A stretch of 64,000 bases of DNA. It comes from the human T2T-CHM13v2.0 reference genome, Homo sapiens. Made by a program: the position numbers and the translations under genes. Where the stretch lies: assembly GCF_009914755.1 (NCBI RefSeq), contig NC_060930.1; one strand, 5' to 3'. The notes beneath the pieces were generated by a model, which worked only from the letters and a program-made list of their open reading frames with translations, ran no database searches and was not told the DNA's origin. Numbering within the stretch: position 1 is the stretch's first letter; each line of letters starts with the position of its first letter. Positions 54,520 to 64,000 of the stretch are shown one piece after another.

Positions 54520-54730
54520 GGATACTTCTGTGTACCAAGTACTATGTTCAGTCCTCTATTTACTCTCTATAATTGATCTTCTATGAACAGCTATCATTCC
54601 ATTTTACAGATTTTTAAGGTGTCATATACTTTAAATAACTTCTTCATAGCTAGGAGGTGGCGAGGGAAAATGCAAACAAAAGTTTGCCTAGAACCAAACC
54701 CAGCCAGCCTTTCTACTTTGCTGTTTTCCA
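54520..54730 (-). mobile_element. MIR SINE
   Basis: 'tgtgtaccaagtactatgtt...atcattcccattttacagat'. Confidence 0.6.
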
Positions 54731-54911
54731 TGGCGTATGCTCAGTTAATGTCTGCTGATCACCATCTCCAGGACAGAATCTGACAGCTAGTAATAATTGG
54801 AAACATATGCAGACAACGTTTGATTATCTGTGGTGTTGGGAATAGATGCTCTCATTAGTTGTTAGAAAAATTATAAAACTGACATTGTTGAGTTTTACAT
54901 TCTATCTTAAG

Positions 54912-55330
54912 ATATCAGAACAGCTGTTTTAACAGATACCAAAATAACAGTCGTTTAAAATCGATGGTCTGGAGGTTGGCAGGCCAGTTCTTCCTCATGA
55001 GGTCATCTAGGGCCTGAGGCTCTTTCATCTGGTGGCTTGTGGATCTTCTGAGGTTGTTCCTCATCTGCATAGTGGCAGATGGCCTACCACACCACGTCTG
55101 CATTTAAGCCATTAGGAAAGAGGGGATGAGAGGGAAGGGCACATTTCTTTCCAGTTGAGGGCATGACCCAAAAATTGCACACATCACTTTTGCTCCCAAA
55201 AGTTGCAGGGTTGCACGGACATCTAACTGCAAGTGAGTCTAAGAAACGTCGTCTGTAAGTGCCAGTATGTCTATTCTTGTGGAAAAAGGAGAAAAGAGAG
55301 ATTGTGGGACAAATAGCAGCCTTTGCCATA
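54912..55330 (-). mobile_element. MLT1J-like LTR
   Basis: 'aaattgcacacatcacttttgctc', 'catctaactgcaagtgagtctaagaaa', 'gggacaaatagcagcctttgccata'. Confidence 0.75.
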
Positions 55331-55599
55331 CCTTCTTTCCTGTCCCAATCTTTGATAAACCTACAAATAAGAAAGATCCAAAACTGCAGTAGCAGAAAAG
55401 GGAAGGAAATGAATCATGGAAACTAGGTAATTCAGAAATTGAAGGTCTCCTTTCTCCTTAACCTCTTCCAGTGCATATGCTAAAAGAATCAACAGTTCGT
55501 TTCTTGCATTAAATTGCTTTAAAATAAGCTATAACTATTAAATCAGTATTCGTTGAATAAAATGATTGCAATGAATTGAGAATATTTGAACAAAGACTA

Positions 55600-55897
55600 G
55601 ATGTTAAATCATATTAAATGATTAGAATTAATTTTGTTAGGTTTGACGTGATTAAATTACAAAGCAAAACCTCATCTGGTAGAGACATTTACTAAGATAT
55701 ACATAAGTGAAATGATATGATGTCTGAATTTGCTTTAAAATACTCAAGCAAAAGATGGGGGGGTGATGAATAGTTGAAATTAAATCGGGAAAAATGTTAG
55801 TTGTTGAAGCTGGATGATGGGTTCATGGGGGTTTATTATGCTATTCTTTCTACTTTTATGTGTATTTGAAATATTCCATAATAAAAAGTTAAATAAA
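55600..55897 (+). mobile_element. L1MC4-like 3' end
   Basis: 'gtgaaatgatatgatgtctgaatttgctttaaaatactc...gaagctggatgatgggttcatggggg...ccataataaaaagtt'. Confidence 0.8.
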
Positions 55898-56049
55898 TAC
55901 TTGTTCCAAGAAACAAAAATAATTTTTGGCTGTGCCCTGATTTTCATATGAGCTCATTTCTGTACTCCAGTTAAGTGCTTTCTTAAGTTTCCAGTGTATT
56001 ATTTATTCTGCATGCATATACCCAGAAAACTTATTTTCATCTAAATAAT

Positions 56050-56670
56050 TCATTAACAATTTGCTTTTGAGTCAACTAAGCAAGATTTTGGTGAGTGGCC
56101 GCTTCATCCAGTGATAGAAGGGATGTAAAAAGCAAGTAAGATAAGGCCCCTCTCAACAAGTTTAAAGTCGACTCAGGCAAATAAGACAGTGCCTTAGATA
56201 AATCTAATTTAAGAGAAGTATACAAGAAGGCTTAAATGTTAGGAGATCACATCAAATTAGAAGGATCAGGAAGAGTTTCCTGGATTAGATATTATAAGCT
56301 TTAAAGGAAGGGTAGGCTTTTGACAGATGGAAGTGGTGGGGAGAGTAGGACCACCAGGAGAAAGGCTCCAAGCCAAAGAACATGTGATAGTTTCCTGGTG
56401 ACAGGAAAGAATGATATGGTTTTGAGTGTGGGTATCTGGATGTCTCATTAGAGTAAATCAGGAAGTAAAGAGGATCTGACTGAGAAAATTGATACTTTTT
56501 ATAAGGATGTATAGTTTTGAGACACTGGTGCATCTCAAGATGAGATGTTCATCTCAAAATACAGTATTGGAGCACAGAGAAAGGTTAGCGTGGATAGTCA
56601 GCTGCTGAATTTGAAAGTTGAAGCTGTAGGTAGAGTATGAGTTTACTACTGAAGAGAATAGAGAAAATAT
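56050..56670 (-). mobile_element. L2 fragments
   Basis: 'aagataaggcccctctcaacaagtttaaagtc' and 'gttttgagacactggtgcatctcaagatgagatgttca'. Confidence 0.5.
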
Positions 56671-56799
56671 TTTTAAGCCAGTTTTATTGGAGTAGAAAAT
56701 GGAAATTATGACAACATCATTGTGAAAATGACATAATGATTTCAGTTCACATTAAAGATACTATGAGTCACTGGTGTAACAACAGCTGTATTCCCTGCC

Positions 56800-57460
56800 C
56801 ACCCCCACTACTGAATTCTCAGTACTTCCTTATCCACACAGTGCCCCCATATCTCTACTTTATTTCTCCTTTCTCCCTCACTCTAAGCTTCTCCAGAGTT
56901 GTCAACCCAGAATGTTTCCACTGCTTGACTTCCATTCATCTTTCAACCGACTCTGAATCAGAATTCCTTTACCACGCCACTGTAACTGTTAGTTATCAGT
57001 GACCGCCGTGTTGACCAATTCCATGAACACTTTTTACTCCTCAGTTCCCTTGACTCTCTGAGTAATGCTTGACCTATCAGGCAAGTCCCACTTTCTTGGA
57101 ACTCTCTCTTCCTGGCCTCTGGTTTTGCTTTTCCGTTTCTTTGTAGGCTCCTCCTCTCCTGGACATTTACGTATTGTGTTGCCTCAGGACCATTGCTGGA
57201 CTCTGCCTCTCTTCCTACAATCTCTTCTGGAGGGATTTCTTCCTACTCCACAGTTTCATCCCACAAAAGTCAACAAAGCACCCACATTTATATCTCATTT
57301 GAGTTCTAAACCTACCGAGTATCTCGTGGATTTCCCATAGACATTTCCTATGTAATACATCCATACTGAAATTTGGACTCCCACATCCCTCCCAAACCTA
57401 TTTCCCGTCTCAGTAAATATCAGTCATCGCCATCTACCTTGCTGCTCAAGACAGTAAAGT
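56800..57460 (+). mobile_element. L2 fragment
   Basis: 'ccaattccatgaacactttttactcctc', 'cttggaactctctcttcctggc', 'catctaccttgctgctcaag'. Confidence 0.65.
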
Positions 57461-57522
57461 AAATCATTTAGTTTGCAGAGAGTCCATGGGACAATTCTAT
57501 CAGGAAGCCCAAGCAGATACTA

Positions 57523-57761
<239 letters not shown>

Positions 57762-58344
57762 TCTTAAAAATTAAAAAGGTAAATCTTTCTGATGTAACTT
57801 CATTGCTTCATAGCTGTTTGATTTAGGCACCAGTGCTAGCTTTAAATTTAAATCTGTGGTTGCCTTTGCGCTATATATTTTTAAAGGATATTGTGGGCTA
57901 CTTATACTAAGAAGTTAAGCTCTTTGAGTCTGACCACACTTGGTTACAGACAGGACTATCCTCCGTGGGTCCCACAAGTAGAAGGGACCCTACGAATAAT
58001 CTGAGAGATGCAGATGTTGCTCTTCTATCCATCAGATTAGAAATCCACCAGTGTGGACATCTCCAAAACCTTTACTATGCCCAACCTTTATTAACGCTTA
58101 ATTCTCCTCTTTGTTACGGACCTGGGGATCCTTTCCTTCCTATCCTACTAGGTCTTGAGAAAATGAAATTAAAGTAGGCTTGCATTTTATTCAATCTGGA
58201 AAGGCACAATGATTTGGTGGAAAGATAGCCTGCTTCTAGTTCCACCTCAGGAACTAGCAAGTTAGTTGTAAACCTGATGAGTAGAGCCATCCTTACGTTT
58301 TTTCTGTACCTTCTTCCACATCAAACACATCAGAACAACGAACT

Positions 58345-58500
58345 CTGCTTGAGTATTTGCTTTGTGCCAGACACTGCCCTAAATAACAGATGAGGGAACT
58401 GAGGCTTAGAAAGTTAGTAAATGGCACAAAGATACCCAGTTAATGCAAACCCACAATTTAAATCCAGGCTATTCAAGTCTACTCTTACCAACTCTCTTAT
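58345..58500 (-). mobile_element. MIR SINE
   Basis: 'tgtgccagacactg...acagatgagggaactgaggcttagaaagttagtaa'. Confidence 0.75.
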
Positions 58501-59994
58501 ATCGTGTTGCCGAGAAACGACTTCTGGATTTCTTCTTCCTCTCATTCCTACTGTGCCATTGATGTAAGAGGTACCATCAATTTAATTTAATAACAGTTTT
58601 CAGGAAATAAAGTAAGCACTACCAAATCAAGTGTAGTTATAGTGGGCCTGCCTTTTAAAATTCTAACCAAGTTTTTTTCCTTCTTGGTAATTCCTTTTTT
58701 ACTTCATGTCCCTGAAGCTAAAATCCTCAGGGACAGCTAATCACAAAAAAACAGGCAGATTCTTGGCTATTGACTTCTAAAATTGGGTCATGCAACTCAT
58801 AAAAGATAGCCAGGAGCCAGGGTTGGTTTTTGATTTGGTTTGGTTTGAATTATAAGACAGAATTTGTTAAAGATAAACTTAAAAAAATTCTTTAATGTTT
58901 CCTTTGCATATCAAGGACTAAAGCCTGACAATTCTCACATCAACAGTAGAGTTTGGGGAGAATTAAGGATGATGTCAGAGAAGCTTCTTGTCCCAAAAGA
59001 GATTATGTTTTAGCTGCTGGCGGGAGGAGAATCTGCAGTTTAGGTGCTGAAGGACCCTGAGAAGGTTCTGCATTCCCTCGTGCCCCTGGAATGGGAGATC
59101 ACTGAAACCCCAGAAGTGTTTTGAGAAATCCCAGCATATGGGGAACCTGGATTTGATTTCTAGAGCTTCACTTCCCGGGAGAGGAAGCAAGCAGCATCAC
59201 AGAGGAGTGGAAGGCCGCAATCACTAGCGGAGGTGTCCCAGCAACATGGAAAATATTTTAAGATTCATGTCCCAAGAGGCTGCCCTGAGAGAGTCAGAAG
59301 GGCCTTGATAACCTGATGAGGGAACATCATTAGTAAATTTGATGTGCATTCTCTGTGCTGGAGGCTGTGGAAACAGAAACAATGTCTGCAGCAAAAGCAG
59401 TGTGGGTAGAAGTCTCCATCAAAGATGAGAAGGTAATGAACCAGATACCTCCCCTATGATGCCATGATACATATGGGCCTTCTTAGAATTACTATCCCAG
59501 GAAAAGATAAGGAAAGTTAGAACTCTAATTTGATCATGTTTAAATTCTGAATATGACTGCAAAATAACTGAACAAGATTTAATCTCTTGGAAATGGCTGT
59601 AGTTTCAGCAGCTGAATTACTGAAGGTCACATAGCTAGACAGTCCTGTGGCCAGGATTCTAGTCCAGGCAGTCTGACTTCACAGTCCATTCTCTAAACCT
59701 CCACACTGTTTTGTACTGTTCTATACTCTACTATCTCCATGTTTCCCACAGCCAGATGGAATAGTGGCTCGAGACCTTAAGTTAAATTACATTCAAGAAA
59801 GATAAAGGGTGATTACAAAATTCACCTTTTGACTTTCCACATTAATTTCAAGATGCATGTAAATTTCAGTAAAATGTTTTAGACTGGAAGAAGTTGAAGA
59901 TATATTCACCTCTCTCCATCTCTACTACCAGTGCCTAATCTATGTCTTACCTAGACTGTGCCCTCTAAACTGGGGAGATTAGGCTTCTCTATGT

Positions 59995-60110
59995 ACTTAG
60001 GAGCAAGAAAACTAGGACCAATGGATGGAAGCTTTAAAAACAGAATTCTGTATAGAATCAGAGAGAGTTTCTCACAGTCTCAGATATCCAGAGATAAAAT
60101 GAATATCCTT
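59995..60110 (+). mobile_element. L3/CR1 fragment
   Basis: 'aaaactaggaccaatggatggaagcttt...gagagtttctcacagt'. Confidence 0.45.
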
Positions 60111-60505
60111 GGTTGGATCCATGAGCCATATCCCTTGAGATGCTGTATCATGGATGAGACACCTACAACAAAGAAGGGACCTTATGAAGAAGAATTCGAC
60201 AGAAGACATGGCTGGATGATTTTAGCCTTTTACGTCTCTTCCAATTTTGAAATTCTGCCACTTTAGAATGGAGGTTGTGAAAACCAAATTGCCTTGTGTT
60301 TGCAGAGTGGGAAGTGAGAAAATAAAAACAGTAGGTATAAAGTACTCTTTTAGAGATGGCTACCACTGAGGGAAGCAGAGTTTTATTGTATAACATGGTG
60401 GGACTGAGGGAAAATTTTAACACTGGGAAAAATTGAGCAGATTTGTAGATAGAAGAAGGAAGGGAATTAGTTTAAAAATGCAAAACTAAAGGTTAGAGAG
60501 GGCCC

Positions 60506-61079
60506 TGTTCCAGTATCCACTGTTGTATAATGTACTTCCTCAAAACTTACTGGCTTTAAACAATAATCACTTTGTTATAGCTTAGGATTGTGTTGGTCTG
60601 GAATTGAGGCAATGCTCAGCAGGATGATTCTTCTGTTCCACATGTGGATGACAGAGGTGACTCTGTGGTCTTTGGCTGACATTGTCTTGTGCCCTTGGTG
60701 GGAATGGCTGGAAGTCTGTGCTCAGCTAGAACTGTTGACCAGAGTGCCTACATGTGGCCTCCACAGCCTCTTAGGGTACTCTGACTTTTTTTGGCAGCTT
60801 GTAGTTCCCAGAGCAGTACTCCAGGAGGTGAATTCCACCAGCCTCTTAGGGTAGTCTGACTTTTTATTGGCAGCTTATAGTTCCCAGAGCAGTATTCCAG
60901 GTGAAACTACCAGGCTTCATAAGCCCTAGCCTCAGAAGGCCAGAGCATCACTTCTGCTGCTTCTTATTGGTCATCAGTCAAGTCCCTAAGGCCAGCTCAG
61001 ATTCAAGCATAAGAACTAGATGCACCTCTCAGTGGAAGGAGTAGCAAAGAATGTATAGCCATCTTTCATCACCCATACA
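60506..61079 (-). mobile_element. MLT1H-like LTR with internal 75-bp duplication
   Basis: 'caaaacttactggctttaaaca', 'gcatcacttctgctgcttcttattggtca', 'aaggccagctcagattcaag'. Confidence 0.8.
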
Positions 61080-63911
61080 GACAATTGATAGAACGAGGTC
61101 CTGAACAATGTGCGGAGTCCAAATTGAGAGCAAAGGTAGAGTGATTATCTTTAGAATGGGGGAGGGACATGTCCACCTCAGAGATAAGGACAAAGAAAAG
61201 GAGTTCCAGAAGGTGGAAACAGAAATTTTGAGATGAAGATGAGGGAAAGGAGAAGGAGTCATTTCTACAGTTAAGTAATCCAAGCCTATCTAGTAGAAGA
61301 GGAGTTTCGCAAAATAAAAATTATGCTACCCACCATCCATGTCTTTTACCTCGGGGTTGTTTCCTCATTCTGATAATTTTGTTGTCACTGATTTTACCAG
61401 ACATGTCTTCCACAGACTTCTGTCTGAAGACACTGTCTGCAAGATTTTTGGCTGACTTGTTCAATGCTCTTTGTGTACCAAACACATGTAGCACACCAAA
61501 CTCTGGTGTAGTCCAGGGCAGTGGGGCAGGTAAATTGGCTTCCCTGGAAAATATGTCCATCTATGTGCCTTATTCCCAGTTCGTGCTTTTAAGGGATGGA
61601 GCACACCAGCCATGAACTAAGGCTGGAGTAGCAAAACATGAAATCTGCTTTCTACAAATTATCCAGATAATCTCTTCCAATCCCCTTCTGGAGGAAAAAC
61701 AGAGCTGTATGAGGGTGACAGTCTGGCAGGTATTCAAAGCTGCAGTGACCATGGCTTGGCTCCTGTTGTATCCACAGAGCTGTTTGATTGGGTTAATTTA
61801 TACAGTTTTTCCTGTATGAATCCTTTTGATAAGTATCTTTAGAAGCTTCTAATTCATTTTAAAGGAATGTTTCTCTTTGGCTTCATGTCTCATTCTTTTC
61901 ACATTATATATTCTGGTGATAAATGATGGATCCATAAATACATTACCTTTGCTCAGTCAGTGTTTTCTGTTGTTGATGTAAAGTACACAAATTGGATTTG
62001 TTTCAGGATAGCTGAATTTGGAATATGACATTTTGCCAAGTCAGCATCACACTTGCCCATACAACACAGATGTGGATTTTGCAGTTGTTTTGTTTTTAAA
62101 ATTGTATATGTCTGTGGTGCTATTGATTAATGTAATATTGCATTAATGTGCTATTACAACACTCTAGGGCATTCATGAGGTCTTTCAGCCAGCAGCAAAG
62201 AATTCCCCAAACAAAAGCTTTTAATAAAATACAGATTGCAGGGCAAAGAAAAGTATCAACCGTGAGAATTTATGGATAGCAGAAGTGCTTGAGGAATCAA
62301 CTTTTGATGGCCTTGCCAATGGAAATACCGTGTAATTGTTATATTATTTCATTTCCCTCCAAATCATTAAAGATCATCTATATATCTATTCATTTGTTGA
62401 ATCTGTGTTTTTAAATGACCAAGGTATTATGACTGTGTTGATCCATGACTTCTCTTTTTCTTATTAAGTTTCCACTTGCTCCAGTGCTTGTATAGACACA
62501 CTGTCAGATCCAAAAGGTCAGCGAAGGCTGACACAACCACATGTGTGACATGGCATAAACTGCAGAAATTAAAATTGAATCCGTCACTGTCCATTGTAAT
62601 AGCTGGCAGGCAACTTTCCACAATGCAGTGTTGATGTAATTCTGGCATGGAGTCATTCTGGATCTATTTTAAGTAACAACTACTTTTTTCCTTCTCAAGG
62701 TAGTTCTTAATCTTTAACCATTACATTTTCTCTATCACAAAAATCTGGAATAATATTTTTCTAAATCAATTAACTGATGTAAAATTTAAGTGAATAAAAA
62801 TATCATTGGTATAATATACTCACCTTTGTAAATATAGGTGCCACTGCCAGCCTGCTAACAGAAAGACAAATCCAACTCCACTCATTTTCAGATTTCAGAG
62901 GTTGGTGGTAGTATTTTCAAATATCCATTTGATAAGAGAAGCAGAGGCAGATCTTTGCTTTTTTGGCATATGTCTACCATAGCCTTACAGTGGATTTAAA
63001 GTACAGAAAGTAATAGTTCTTTTAACCCTCTACAACTTGTGAGATCAGAAAGAAAGTAAAAAGATACAAAAACAAAACAAAAAAGCATAGAGGTCTTTAA
63101 TTTAAAGAAAGTTTTTCTGTAACCAAATTTTATGAGTCAGCATTTTTATATCAATAATTTACGGCAATAATTATGAGATCATTAAGTTCAAGCATGCAGA
63201 AACCCATTTCATGGTCTTTGGTAATAGGGCTGATGGAGGCCAACTTAAATGAGCTAGGCCAGTGATTATAATAATATGCCTTCAGAAGTCCAACTAGTGT
63301 TGATGTTTAGAGTGGAGATAAAATAGAAGGCATTTCTCTTATATTTCAGTGCCTTTAGATCTGGACATTTTTTAATGGGCCCTGCAAAGTAAATGCCAAT
63401 TAAGATGTCATAAGTAATATAAATTCAAGAGATATTAAGGTGCTGTCCCTGTATCTATAAGAGTGGTACATGGAGCATGTTGAGGAACAAGTGAGGGGAG
63501 TTGTATCACACCCTCCAAATATCTTCTTTTTGTGAATGCAGTTCTTTTCCCCTCCTTTGCCCCAGTTGCAATGACTTAAGACTTAGATTCCATTCCATGA
63601 GTGTCTTGCTAAAACCACCAGATAGAATACCTTCCATGTCCCAACTATACAGTCCTCTTGTGTTTTTCTGGTGTTTGTATTCCCATAGTTGCAAATAAAA
63701 AGTATATTTTTAGTTTTAGAATTTTCCTTTCCATTAAAAAAAAATCCCTGAAGATTTGTGGCACCACTGTTATTTCTGTTAATGTCATTGCTTCCATAGC
63801 AGCAAGCTAAGACTTTGTAAGAAACTGTGTTTACAGAAAGCAATTATCTAAGTGAACATTATAGCTACATGCAGCAAACTTTCAATTTAGATTTCCCGTA
63901 ACCATTACAAT

Positions 63912-63935
63912 ACACACACACACACACACACACAC
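63912..63935. repeat. (CA)n microsatellite
   Basis: ~12 AC units. Confidence 0.95.
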
Positions 63936-64000
63936 CCCTACTCCTTCCCATTTGTGTCATAAATACAGTGTCATCAGCTATATCCTCATATCCAGGAGCA

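Noticed and set aside
58950-59600. Possible ancient Gypsy-like LTR
   Set aside because: Resemblance too weak to call without a Dfam search

Overview
Primate (most likely human) genomic DNA that is almost entirely intron of the + strand gene AIG1 (androgen-induced 1, a Thr/His FAHFA hydrolase). The only confidently coding sequence is one 102-nt phase-0/0 exon at 21500-21601 ([34 protein letters not shown], residues ~100-133). The ORF track missed it because it has no in-frame start and is under 60 codons; the listed ORFs are Alu/L1/LTR-derived or random. The rest is a typical mammalian repeat landscape (Alu, L1, L2, MIR, CR1/L3, MaLR/ERVL LTRs, Tigger/hAT/mariner relics). I see no new multi-gene biological system. 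The best leads are: (1) a tailless 5'-half tRNA-Cys retrocopy with 17-bp target-site duplications; (2) a ~360-bp inversion inside a nested L1MA/L1PB complex, shown by a flipped TSD and a fold-back palindrome at the breakpoint; (3) two candidate alternative AIG1 exons at ~43.1-45.1 kb, one a poison/terminal exon and one a His-retaining terminal exon. Repeat subfamily names come from recalled consensus sequences, and the boundaries of old elements are approximate.
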